Assembly: GCA_963716175.1 (NCBI GenBank)
Contig: OY970296.1
Coordinates: 64,001-128,000, forward strand
Direction: 5' to 3'
Source of the DNA: an uncultured Armatimonadetes bacterium
GTDB taxonomy: Bacteria; Armatimonadota; Hebobacteria; Hebobacterales; Hebobacteraceae
Length of the DNA: 64,000 nt
A program made the translations under genes and the position numbers. Shown piece after piece: positions 42,794 through 52,609 of this stretch; position 1 is the first letter of the stretch, and each line of letters opens with the position of its first letter. Below the pieces are notes generated by a model. The model had not been told where the DNA came from. It saw only the letters and a list, made by a program, of their open reading frames with translations, and made no database searches.

Positions 42794-43585
42794 CTAACCC
42801 TTCCCCCGCAGCCACCTGAGGACACGCCGAACCGGGCCCACGCGGTCCAGCTCTGCAAGCTGCGCCTTGGCGTGCTTGCAGTGCGCGTCCGCCTCCAATG
42901 CCCGCCTGTACGCGAGCGTGGCCGCCCCCAGTTCGCCCATGCGCTGGTGACTGTCCCCGAGCGCGCACCAGGCCACGGCGTTGCTCCGCTCCAGGCCGGT
43001 GGCGGCAGCGAGGCGTCTTCGCGCCTCTTCGTACAGGCCCTTTCGAAGCAGCACCATGCCGACGAGATAGTGGGTGTACCAGTCGCTGCCCCCCAGCTCG
43101 ATCGCCTTGGCGAAGCAGCGGTCGGCTCCCTGGCGCGATCCCGCGCCATTCAGCAGCAGCTCGCCGCGGACTAACCAGGGGTAATGCCCAACGGCGCGCC
43201 CCTTCACCTGGAGGGCGGCGTCCGAGTACTCCATGGCGCGGGCGAAGCCGCGGGTGCGGCTGAGCGCCAGCGCCTTGGCCGCGAGCAGGTCCGGTGAGTC
43301 CGGGAAGCGTTCCAGACCGCGCTCGGCCCAGATGTTCGCCTCGACGTTCTCGTCCAGTTCCAGCAAACACCGCACCTGCCCCACCCAGGCCTCCTCAAGA
43401 CCGATGGCGAAGCGAAGCGCGCGTGAATACCACTGGAGCGCGCTCTCGCACTCCCCCTTCCGGAGGTACTGGTCGGCCTTCGCCAGGCACTGGGACTCGT
43501 CCAGGTCCCCGCCCTCTGGCGCCCGCGGCCTGGCTTGGCTGTTCCCCTCCGATTCGTCTATCTCGAGCCAACGAAATCGACTCAT
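42794..43585 (-). CDS. Tetratricopeptide repeat protein
   Basis: Repeated A..Y.RAL / W..LG helical repeats. Confidence 0.85.
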   Translation of the reverse strand: MSRFRWLEIDESEGNSQARPRAPEGGDLDESQCLAKADQYLRKGECESALQWYSRALRFAIGLEEAWVGQVRCLLELDENVEANIWAERGLERFPDSPDLLAAKALALSRTRGFARAMEYSDAALQVKGRAVGHYPWLVRGELLLNGAGSRQGADRCFAKAIELGGSDWYTHYLVGMVLLRKGLYEEARRRLAAATGLERSNAVAWCALGDSHQRMGELGAATLAYRRALEADAHCKHAKAQLAELDRVGPVRRVLRWLRGKG

Positions 43586-43588
43586 GGT

Positions 43589-44074
43589 CTAGCCGAACCG
43601 CCTCACCGAGATGCGAATGTTGTTGTTCTCGTCGACATGTTCATCCACGACTGTGAAGCCCTTGCTGGTGAGTTCGCTCTTGACCTTCTCACAGGCGAAC
43701 TGCTGGCGGACGCGGTTCAGCAGTTGCTGGCCGATGGCCGCCAGCTCTTCTCTGCTCCGCTCTCCGTGCACGTGCAAGCGGAGTGCCCCGCGCGCGTCCT
43801 TGCTGAAGGTCGCGACCACGCCGTCCTTCTCAAACCGGAGGCTCTGCTCTCGCGCCAGAGCGTCACCGATCACCTGGGAGTTCCCCATCTCGAGTTCGAT
43901 CTCGCGGGAAACCGGCTGGGCGGCCGCGGCCTCCCGCTCAACCCCGATCATACCGCGTTCCTCGGCCGCCCTGTGCGCGGTGTAGCCGATGCCGGCGCAG
44001 ACAGCGCCAATGAGGCTGGCGATCACCGGCCACCCAGCCGTGACTGCTGGCACCACCACAAAGACGACAGACAT
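43589..44074 (-). CDS. DUF1257/Ycf35-like protein with hydrophobic N-terminus
   Basis: LLNRVRQQFA..VK..L..KGF.V..E..DENNNIRISVRR C-terminal motif. Confidence 0.7.
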   Translation of the reverse strand: MSVVFVVVPAVTAGWPVIASLIGAVCAGIGYTAHRAAEERGMIGVEREAAAAQPVSREIELEMGNSQVIGDALAREQSLRFEKDGVVATFSKDARGALRLHVHGERSREELAAIGQQLLNRVRQQFACEKVKSELTSKGFTVVDEHVDENNNIRISVRRFG

Positions 44075-44083
44075 AGCCCCTCC

Positions 44084-45676
44084 CTAGAGTTCAATCCGCC
44101 GGCCCACCATGGTGGGCACGGCCTCCGCGGCTTCGCTCGAAGCCTTCCTCGCTCTTCCCTCCGCCCACTCGCGCAGACCGTCAATGTCCTCTTTCATGGT
44201 GGTGGAGAGCGGGACCGTCGCGCGAATCGCTCTCAGCACAGATTCGCTGGAAAGCTCGGCCTGGGCGTCGAACACATCATAGAGCGCCGATACCACGGCC
44301 TCCTCGATTTCCGCGCCGCTGAACCCCTCGCTTGCCGCGGCGAGCGCGTCAAGGTCGAACTGGGCCGGGTCCCGGTTCCGCCGGCGCAGATGAATGCCAG
44401 CAATGCTGGCGCGTTCCGCGCGCGTCGGCAGGTCGACGAAGAAGATCTCGTCCAACCGACCTTTCCGCAGCAGCTCGGCGGGCATGAGCTGGATGTTGTT
44501 TGCGGTGGCGATCACGAACACGGGAGCGGTCTTCTCCTGCAACCAGGTGAGGAAGGTGCCGAAGACCCGGGCGCTGGTGCCGGCGTCGCTGAATGTGGAA
44601 CTCTGCGTTCCGGCAAAGGCCTTTTCGATCTCGTCCACCCAGAGGATGCAGGGCGCGACCGACTCGGCCACCTTGATCGCTTCCCGGATGTTGCGCTCCG
44701 ACGAGCCCACCAGGTCGCTGAAGACCTTGCCCACGTCCAGCCGCAGCAGAGGCAGGCGCCAAAAGCTGGAGACGGCCTTCGCGCACAGGCTCTTGCCGCA
44801 GCCCTGGACGCCGAGGAGCAGGACGCCCTTGGGAGCCGGAAGCCCGAACTCCTTGGCCTTGTCGCCGAAGGCGTGGCTGCGCTTGCGGAGCCAGTCCTTC
44901 AGCAGGTCGAGCCCACCGACATCATCGAACCGCTCCCGCGTTCGCTGGTACTCGAGCATGCCGCTCTTGCGGATCGCCTGCTCCTTCTCCGACAGGATCA
45001 GCGGGATCTCTTCTTCGGTCAGTTTGCGCGCCACGACTAAGGTCTTGGCGAAGACATTCTCCGCCTCGTTCAGGGTCAGGCCTTTAGCGGCGTAGAGGAT
45101 GCGTTCCTTCGACTGCGGATCGACTCGGATGTCAAGCTTGCTGCTCTCTCTCAGTTCGCGGACCCTCGTGTCGAGCAGCTTCTCCAGGTCGCCCACGTCC
45201 GGCAGCTCGAAGTCGATGACCGTGATGTCCTTCTGCAGTTCAAACGGGAGCTTCAGCGTCGGCGAGACGAGCACGACCGTCTTGTAGCTGGCCTTGATCG
45301 CCGACGCCACATCTCTGAGCTTGCGCGCCACTCCCGGGTCATTGAGGTAAGGGTGCAAATCGCGCAGGACGAAGATTGCCGGCTCAACATGATCTTGTAT
45401 CGTGTTGAGTGCCACCAGCGGATCCCGGGTGCGCTCGTCAGTCTGCTTCCGGACGGGGCGATTGGCTTCCGGCTGCGCCGGCTTCTCCTCGGTCGTGGCG
45501 GCGTGGCGCTGCACCATCCCCATGCTCGATGACCAGACGAACAGCTTCTTATTGCGTTCCCGCGCGATGTCGCGCAGCACCTCTTCGACGCGTTCCTCCT
45601 CCCACGAAACGATGTAGAGGATGGGATAGCGGGCGCGTATGAGCACATCTATCTCGGTGATCTGCTCCTGTTTCAT
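44084..45676 (-). CDS. Ycf46-like AAA+ ATPase
   Basis: [54 protein letters not shown]. Confidence 0.92.
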   Translation of the reverse strand: MKQEQITEIDVLIRARYPILYIVSWEEERVEEVLRDIARERNKKLFVWSSSMGMVQRHAATTEEKPAQPEANRPVRKQTDERTRDPLVALNTIQDHVEPAIFVLRDLHPYLNDPGVARKLRDVASAIKASYKTVVLVSPTLKLPFELQKDITVIDFELPDVGDLEKLLDTRVRELRESSKLDIRVDPQSKERILYAAKGLTLNEAENVFAKTLVVARKLTEEEIPLILSEKEQAIRKSGMLEYQRTRERFDDVGGLDLLKDWLRKRSHAFGDKAKEFGLPAPKGVLLLGVQGCGKSLCAKAVSSFWRLPLLRLDVGKVFSDLVGSSERNIREAIKVAESVAPCILWVDEIEKAFAGTQSSTFSDAGTSARVFGTFLTWLQEKTAPVFVIATANNIQLMPAELLRKGRLDEIFFVDLPTRAERASIAGIHLRRRNRDPAQFDLDALAAASEGFSGAEIEEAVVSALYDVFDAQAELSSESVLRAIRATVPLSTTMKEDIDGLREWAEGRARKASSEAAEAVPTMVGRRIEL

Positions 45677-45864
45677 TGTCGCTTCTCTTCCCTCCGGCAA
45701 CCCAGCCGCTTCACCAGCGCCTTCACTCTCTGATCCTGTGGTGCAAGCGCTTCCGCCAGCTCCACGCTGTCTCGCGTGACGGTCCTGAGTACCACGCGCC
45801 CATCCTCCCCGATCACGATCTCGAGGGGCTGTGGCACCTTCGGACCCGATGGGCCTTTCCTCAC
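45673..45864 (-). CDS. Small hypothetical protein (63 aa), DUF2997-like beta-hairpin
   Basis: GTGA and ATGA overlaps with neighbours; LEIVIGEDGRVVLR. Confidence 0.6.
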   Translation of the reverse strand: MRKGPSGPKVPQPLEIVIGEDGRVVLRTVTRDSVELAEALAPQDQRVKALVKRLGCRREEKRQ

Positions 45865-46736
45865 TCGACGAGCTCCAGGCCAAGATCGAGAGCCAGTCGC
45901 TGTGCCTCCAACGACTCGGACTCCGCCAGATACCGGCCAGTTCCATAGCTTTGACGCGATTCGGGGGGCAGGAAGTTCGTCATCAGGTGGACCGGAGCCC
46001 CGGGCAGCTCCCGCGCCAGCCACTGTAGCGCCGGCGCGGTGCAGCAGCGCAGGTGCCCGGGCAGCACCAGATGGCGCACGACCAGACTGCCTGCCAGTGC
46101 AGCCCACTTGAGGTTGCGCCCAACGACATTCAGGTACCGGTCGGCCCCCGCGATCTCACGGGCGCAATCGTCGCACCCGAAGTGCAGGTCCGCGATGTAG
46201 ACATCCATGATGCTCTCGAGCAGTCCCGCTGTAGCTTCAGTGAAGTAGAAGTTGGAGTTCCACACCATGGGGAGGTCCCTCGGTAGAGCACTGACAAGGC
46301 CCAATGCAGTGTGGAGATGGACCGCTGGCTCCCCGCCGATGAAGCTGAAGGAGACGGGTGACGTATCGGACTGAGCGACTCGAACTGCCACGGCACGGGG
46401 GTCCAGCACACTATGTGACTGGGGACTGCCGTTGGCTTCGGCGGCGTAGCAGAAATCGCACCTGAGGTTGCAGCCAGCGAAGAACACGGCGTAGGTTGGG
46501 GTAATGAACTCCTCTTCCCCCCAGAGCAACCCTTCCAGGTAGGTATGCGAGTCACTGCCGCACCGGCATGCCCCCGTCTCGCCGCGGCTGCGGTTCACGC
46601 GGCACAGGCGCTCGCAGAACGCGCAGCGGCACAGCATCTGCTCTGCTGCCGCAATCTTGCCTGGCAGCAGGCCGACGTCGCGCCCCAATGACGTAGGCCG
46701 CAGGACCCGACCTCCTGCGTTGCTCAACCGGCCCAC
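45861..46736 (-). CDS. PflX-like radical SAM protein
   Basis: C..CER.C.VNR..GE.G.C, GCNLRCDFC, GGEP, WNSN, VVRHLVLPGH..CC. Confidence 0.88.
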   Translation of the reverse strand: MGRLSNAGGRVLRPTSLGRDVGLLPGKIAAAEQMLCRCAFCERLCRVNRSRGETGACRCGSDSHTYLEGLLWGEEEFITPTYAVFFAGCNLRCDFCYAAEANGSPQSHSVLDPRAVAVRVAQSDTSPVSFSFIGGEPAVHLHTALGLVSALPRDLPMVWNSNFYFTEATAGLLESIMDVYIADLHFGCDDCAREIAGADRYLNVVGRNLKWAALAGSLVVRHLVLPGHLRCCTAPALQWLARELPGAPVHLMTNFLPPESRQSYGTGRYLAESESLEAQRLALDLGLELVE

Positions 46737-46787
46737 CGTAGCCGCTCCCTCCAAAGCATGGCACGTGGCGCTGATTGCACCAGGCCG

Positions 46788-46816
46788 ATTTTACGCCAGG
46801 TACATCCGGGCGTCAA
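46788..46816 (-). promoter_or_regulatory. sigma70 promoter of the radical SAM/AAA operon
   Basis: TTGACG-17-TAAAAT. Confidence 0.7.
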
Positions 46817-46879
46817 TCAAGCTTCGGATCGGCCCAGCCGATCCGCGATCGCGGACGGATGGCGCGGACCAACAGGCGC

Positions 46880-47262
46880 AACAGCTGGTCGAGAAGCTGA
46901 TCCAGGCCTACCTGCCGCACCGCACCAAGACCCAGAGCCGCCACCTGTTCGTGAGCGCCTGGAAAGGCCGTCCCATCCACGGCCGCTGCATCAACCGGAT
47001 GCTGAAGATCGTCATCCAGAAGGCCGGCCTGGCTGGGCAGGGGATCACCCCGCACAAGCTCCGCCACACCTTCGCCACCCACCTCATCCGCAATGGAGTT
47101 GACATCCGCACCGTCCAGGAGCTGCCGGGGCACTCCGAGCTCGAGACCACGGCCAAGTACCTGCACTCAGATGCCAAGACGAAGCAGGCGGCCGTGGGCA
47201 GGCTGAATGGGCTGCTGGGAAATGCTGCGCCATGCAAACCCGCGGAATACCCGCAGAGCTGA
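46880..47262 (+). pseudogene. Tyrosine recombinase (XerC/D-like) C-terminal fragment
   Basis: TPHKLRHTFATHL..DIRTVQELPGHSELETTAKY; N-terminal domain and first catalytic Arg absent. Confidence 0.8.
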
Positions 47263-47289
47263 CCCAGGGCAAAGCCAGCAGAGCCGCGA

Positions 47290-48349
47290 GCCGCGACACC
47301 GCCGTTGCTCGGGCATCCCGTGTCTGCTACACTGCGGCACAGGTTGGTGGTATCCACGGGGGGCAGGTGTGCAAGATCCGAGCGGTGCAACAGATCCCGA
47401 CGGAGCGAAGAACGGGGTGCCCAGGGCGGTGACTGGGAACCTTGATGACTGGATGCAGGCCACACTGGGTTGGGTATCTGCAGTGCTGGAGGCGAATCCC
47501 CCTGGCACTGGGGCGCAGGAACTGCGACGATTAGCGCTGACGACTCTGGACGACCCACTCCATGTGCAGTCTGCGCGCCTCCATCGGCCGGTTCAGGCCT
47601 TCGTAGACCGCCAGCTCGATCGAGCTACCCATGAGATCGCAGCGACACGGGTGGAGCGGGGAGCAGTGATCTGGAAGCTCGACAACGATGGGTTCGTCGT
47701 GAAGACGCGGCATCACACCTACGGGTTCGATGTCAGCGACCCCGCCGAATCCACGACTGCGACTGCGGAGCGCAGAGCAACTCAGCTTGCGGAGCCGCTG
47801 GACGCGTCGTTCACCACTCACCGGCATGGCGATCATCTGAACCCTGCGCTCATGCAGAAGATGGTGGCGCGCGGGAAGCCGGTCGTGATCCCCGCCAATC
47901 TGTGGAGCGACGACGTGAGGGGGAGGGGCATGCTCCGTGTCGGCGGTGGAGAGAAGCGGAGCGTGGCCGGGATGTCGTGTGAGGTGTTCCCAGGACACCA
48001 GGCTGACGTGCCCAACAACGTGTACCTGATCACGGCCGACGGCCTGTCGATCATGCATGCTGGCGATCAGTTCCACGAGGCCGATTTCCCCGCCTGGATT
48101 GATCATCTCGGGGAGAGCAGGCAGGTTGATGTGCTCCTAGTCAGTTGCTGGGCACTGGATCTGCCCAGAATGGCGCAGGGCATCAGACCGGAGCTCATCA
48201 TCACCGGGCATGAGAATGAGCTATGGCACCCGGTACGGGAGCGGGAGAGCTTCGGGGACACATACGGGAGGCTGAGCGCCGTGCACTGTCCGAGCGTGGT
48301 GATGACGTGGGGAGAGAAGTTCACGTACAACAGGGCAGGGAAGCTGTAG
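47290..48349 (+). CDS. MBL-fold metallohydrolase (start uncertain, possibly 5' damaged)
   Basis: THRHGDH, PGHQ, HAGD, IITGHENE. Confidence 0.7.
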
Positions 48350-48670
48350 CTGTCAGGCGGTGATCCAGGCTACCTTATCCGCGGGGCGAGCTCGCCCGGT
48401 AAGTTGAGTTGGGCCGCGCGTCAACCTTACAGCGTGGCGCGCGAACGGCACCTCTGGGCTCAGTGCGGAACGGTCTCCTCAGCCCTTGAGACCCGCAGTT
48501 CGCCCTCTCCTGCTCCGCAGTGGGCCGACGCCGGCGCCCATGAGACCACTGGCACCGCTCTCGCCAACCCAGTAGCAGGCCGCGAGGCGTCTACGGGTCA
48601 TCCTGGCACCCGCGACGGGTTGTGGGACCCCACGGGCTCCGCAGGAGAGAGGCGACCAGCCCCTCACCTC

Positions 48671-48826
48671 TTGACACCACCGCCCTGGGGGTTATGCTGT
48701 GTCTGCTTAGTAAAGGAAGGCCAGGGGCTGCGTATGAGCATCGGCTGCAGCTTCGCTGTAGCTCCAGCGCCTTGCCCCGGAGGTTTGGCTTGATCCAGAG
48801 GCGCGCCTATAGGCGCGCCTCCTTTC
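48671..48826 (+). promoter_or_regulatory. Promoter plus structured leader with terminator-like hairpin upstream of P4
   Basis: TTGACA-16-TATGCT; perfect palindrome GAGGCGCGCCTATAGGCGCGCCTC (48798-48821) followed by CTTTC. Confidence 0.55.
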
Positions 48827-48951
48827 ATTGGCCCCGTGCAGGGCGGTGGGCGCACCCGCCTGAAAGGAGGTGAGGAAGAGAGAGCGCGCTCGACACGAGG
48901 TGTTAGGTTGGTCAGTCTGCTTCTGAGATCACATGAGGAGGGAAGCCAACT

Positions 48952-49957
48952 GTGACCAGAGCAAGAGGCAAAGGCTTTACCCTGATTGAGTTGTTGGTCG
49001 TGATCGCGATCATTGCGATCCTGGCGGCGATGCTGTTCCCGGTTTTCGCACGCGCGGGAATCGGCCCGCAAGATCCAGTGCCTCTCCAATGTGAAGAACG
49101 TCGCCATCGCGGTCCAGATGTACCTGACGGACTATGACCGGTTCCCGCCCTGTGAGCATAATCCGGAGGCGGACGCGTACTTCCAGACCGCTCCTGGCGG
49201 GGGAACCGATGCGCCCAACGACTGCTGCAACCGCAAGCCCCAGGCCAACCCCTTCCTGCGCTGGCCGGTGATCATGGACGAATACACCAAGAACCGCGAT
49301 GTCTACCGCTGCCCCAGCGCCCAGCGCGCCATCGTGGCAAGGTGGATCGTGCCCAACTACGGCCGCGGCTACCTGGACTATCTCAAGCAGAGCGAGGGTC
49401 ACTGGGGCCGGAACGATCCCGACTGTGGCGGAGGACCCTGTTGTCTGGCTTTCCCCACGGGCTGGGGAGGCTCGGTCACTGATTCCATCGCACAGCACAA
49501 GGAGTCTGGCACAGACACCGGGGCCGTGGAAACCACCATCTGCTTCGCCGAGAACGCTTTGACCAACTCCAAGGAGTCACAGATCACCGACCCGGCATAC
49601 TGCGTTGTTGCCGGTGACTCCTCGATCTACGCCAATATCCTCGGCGTAGACGACATGATGTACAACCTCTGCGGCCTGAGCTGCGGCAATGCTGACTGGG
49701 CGAACTGTCCGGAAACTCAGGACTGCGGACTCGACTTCCACTTGGTTGACAAGTGGGCGACAGACCCGTCCTTCCGCGCCAAGTACACCCGGCACCTGGG
49801 CGGCGGCAATGTCGGTTTCGCCGACGGCCATGCCACCTGGTTCAACGCCGAAGCCCTGGCCGCGATCACGCCCTACTGCGACTGCGCCTGCCCGGTCCAG
49901 CATTTCATCACCGAGGGCCGGCCCATCCGCGGTCTCTGCCCCTACGGACTCGGCTAG
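48952..49957 (+). pseudogene. Pilin-like H-X9-DG protein P4, 2-nt frameshift in a (CG)n run near 49051-49056
   Basis: ORF 48952 gives GFTLIE..FPVFARA; ORF 49013..49957 continues [24 protein letters not shown]. Confidence 0.85.
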
Positions 49958-49980
49958 GACTGAGCAGAACCCCAACAGGA

Positions 49981-50316
49981 GGCGGAGCGCCTTCGGGCGC
50001 TCCGCCCACTGCCCTGATGGGTCGCGAACGACATCTATGTGTGGCTGCTAAGCGCCCATGGGACCGGTCTGAGAGGCGGAGGCGAATGCCAGGCCAGCAG
50101 TGGCCCAGACGCCAGACGGCGCCCCCCCAATCCCAACTAGGCATATGTGGGATCCGGGTATCAGCGCGTCCTTGCCCATCCACTCCCCGCGGCTTCGGGC
50201 GGACAGGCGCGCTTGCGTGATCATCTGATCGAGATCGCGGCGCTTGCGTTCGAGTTCGAGTGGGAGCTTTCCCATGACCTACCAGAAGCCGGCGGAGCGC
50301 CCGAGGGCGCTCCGCC
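49981..50316. repeat. Two copies of the GGCGGAGCGCC hairpin (49981-50006, 50291-50316) between convergent P4 and P5
   Basis: Identical 11-bp stems with 4-nt loops. Confidence 0.8.
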
Positions 50317-50353
50317 TCTCCATATGCGATACGTCACGACCAGCCGGAATCGG

Positions 50354-51316
50354 CTATTGCCAAGCATTCGGCAAACACTGGCAGTCCACACCGTCCAGGC
50401 CCGGGTGCTGGTTCTTCCAGTCCCCCGCGGCCGCGACCATGGCGTCGGCGGCCATCCACTGAGCGTGCCCATCGGCAAAGCCGATGTTGTTGCCGCCCAG
50501 GTGCCGCGTCCACTGGGAGCGCCAGGTGGGATCGGTCCAGAACCTACCGATGTCCGACTTCGCGATCGTGCATCCCCTGTCGTCGATAGCCCATCCCTCG
50601 TCGCAGTCGCCGCAGCCAGACTCCACGCGGCTGCCCCAGATCAGCCGGCAGCCCTCGGGGTAGGCGATCTGCTCGATCGCCCACCAGTCCCCCTGGATGC
50701 CCCGCTCGGCGACCACCAGGTACCTTGCCGGGTCGCCGATCTGACTCGTCTTCAGCTCGTAGTTCACGGTCTCGGAGGGCTGGATATCCAACTCCACTGC
50801 GCCGGTGTCCAGGGAGGCCGTGATCGGGCAGTCCGTGTTGATGGCGCGGCCGTCAGTGATGGTGCCGCCCCAGCCGTTCGGGAAGATGGTCTGGCACGCG
50901 CAGATCAATCCCTGCTGATACTCGGTCCACCAGTCCGTAAGGCCGGGAAGAACCCACAGGACGGTGCAGACGTTCCGGGCGCTGGGGCACCGGTAGACGT
51001 CCTTGTTCTTGATGTACTCATCGAAGATCACCGGCCAGCGCAGGTACGGATTGGCCAAGGTCTCGTAGCCGCTACAGCCGTCGAAATAGCTGGTGATCTC
51101 CGGCCGGTGCTCTTTGGGTGGGAAGCGGTCATAGTCCGAGAGGTACATCTGGATAGCCATGGCGATGTTCTTGACGTTCGACAGGCACTGGATCTTGCGC
51201 GCCGATTCGCGTGCGCGCGCAAAGACGGGGAACAGCATCGCTGCCAGAATCGCAATAATCGCGATCACCACCAACAACTCGATCAGCGTGAATCCTCTCC
51301 TTCTTCCTGTCATCAC
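50354..51316 (-). CDS. Prepilin-type / H-X9-DG protein P5 (intact)
   Basis: RRRG|FTLIELLVV; RHLGGNNIGFADGHA. Confidence 0.92.
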   Translation of the reverse strand: MMTGRRRGFTLIELLVVIAIIAILAAMLFPVFARARESARKIQCLSNVKNIAMAIQMYLSDYDRFPPKEHRPEITSYFDGCSGYETLANPYLRWPVIFDEYIKNKDVYRCPSARNVCTVLWVLPGLTDWWTEYQQGLICACQTIFPNGWGGTITDGRAINTDCPITASLDTGAVELDIQPSETVNYELKTSQIGDPARYLVVAERGIQGDWWAIEQIAYPEGCRLIWGSRVESGCGDCDEGWAIDDRGCTIAKSDIGRFWTDPTWRSQWTRHLGGNNIGFADGHAQWMAADAMVAAAGDWKNQHPGLDGVDCQCLPNAWQ

Positions 51317-51451
51317 ACTCCTCCCTGCAAAAGGTCTCGTACCTGCCCGGCCAGGTCAGACGATCAAGGCCAATCCTCTCCTCTCCCTGCTACACCTCCT
51401 CCCGGCTCATCGCTATGTCTCGTGAGCAGATGCGGTTTCGTCCGGCCATGC

Positions 51452-51593
51452 AAAAAGGCGCGCTCACGCGCGCCTTCTTCTGCCAAAGAGGCCCTGGCAA
51501 ACGCAACCAGCAAGGCCGCCGACTCACCCATGGGCCGCCAACCTGCCTGCATCAGGCCAGGCTCACGCTACTACGTGCACCCGCACCTGTCAA
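51452..51593 (-). promoter_or_regulatory. Promoter plus leader terminator upstream of P5
   Basis: TTGACA-17-TAGCGT; AAGGCGCGC-GTGA-GCGCGCCTTTTT. Confidence 0.6.
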
Positions 51594-51866
51594 GACCGAT
51601 TCGCTTGCCCAAGCCCCTACCGCCTGCCGCGAAACCCCTGGGGCCAGTTCAGGAATCAGGCCGCGGGCGCGGTCAAACGGGCGTAGAACCGCCGTTACAC
51701 TGCCCATGACGTCCTCGGCGAGGGCGTCTGATTCTGTGCTGCGGGGTGCGCTTCTCAGGCGAGACCGTCGCGGAGGCCGCGGGCGGGACGACCCAGAATG
51801 ATGGCCGTGGTCGCGGGCTGCGCCGACGGCAGTGAGCGCAGTCTTGAAGGAGGCGCAGGGAGTGGG

Positions 51867-52150
51867 CTACGCCGCGTTCGCGAAGCGGAAGGCAATGACG
51901 CGAGTCTCGGGGAAGAGGCGGCGCTCGATGTGATCGGGAACGGCCTTCGCCGTCCGCTCCGGCTTCTACCAGTGCTGTCCGGCGTGGATGCGCTCTGGCA
52001 CCGCGCCCTCCAAGGTCGTGCGCGGCCTCCAAGGGGTTGTAGTAGCAGGCGAAGTCAGCCAACAGCACCTCCAGGTGATCCAGCCCCCTGATCACCGGTA
52101 CGCGCCGCAGCCACTCGTACTTCAGCGTCCGGATGACCCGTTCGGTCAAT
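51867..52150 (-). pseudogene. 3' remnant of an IS family A-related transposase
   Basis: ERVIRTLKYEWL..IRGLDHL..YYN, followed by a frameshift and an internal stop. Confidence 0.8.
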
Positions 52151-52357
52151 CGGAGGTACGTGAGGTTAGGCACGCTGGCTATCAGCCCCTTGCAGGAACC
52201 CGCTGGGTTGCTCCTATCGACGACAGCGGCATCTGCTGCGCCAGAGCCGAATGAGTCCTCTGGAGCCAGTTAGCGGCGCCGATGGGTATTTGCGGAGCAC
52301 ACCTCCCGGCGGCGGCTTCCTGCCTGGACCACTCGATCTCCTCGCCGGATTTGGTGT

Positions 52358-52417
52358 AATCTACAATGATTCCTCGATTTCGTCCAATCGTGCACCACGG
52401 GCGATGTGCTACACTCG
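52358..52417 (+). promoter_or_regulatory. Activator-dependent promoter of P6 (putative AraC sites)
   Basis: AATCTACAATGATTC..GTCCAAT..TGCTACACTCG, with the same spacing as 54720-54779. Confidence 0.7.
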
Positions 52418-52609
52418 CGCAGACGCCAAGGCCGGGAGCGCCTGGCCTGAAAGAGGCCGAGGGCTCGGCTTTGCCATGGCGGATCTGAGCGGAACCGAAC
52501 CACGAAGGAGAAGGGTGGTGAGAGTAGGTTCATCTGGTTCGCAGTGCCGAAATGAGCGCACTGCTGGTGATCAAGAGACTGACGGACTGGGAAAGGAACA
52601 GGCGGCACC

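Noticed and set aside
46657-47262. Functional shufflon/integron recombinase
   Set aside because: Only the C-terminal third is present, LLGH is mutated to LPGH, and I see no attC- or sfx-like repeat series
48700-48800. tRNA or known riboswitch
   Set aside because: No cloverleaf or T-loop and no recognisable aptamer consensus by eye; kept only as an unknown leader
50147-51709. Long antisense/alternative-frame ORFs (also 43535..45040, 32612..33877, 26037..27614, 9576..10436)
   Set aside because: Shadows of well-supported genes in high-GC DNA, with no motifs of their own
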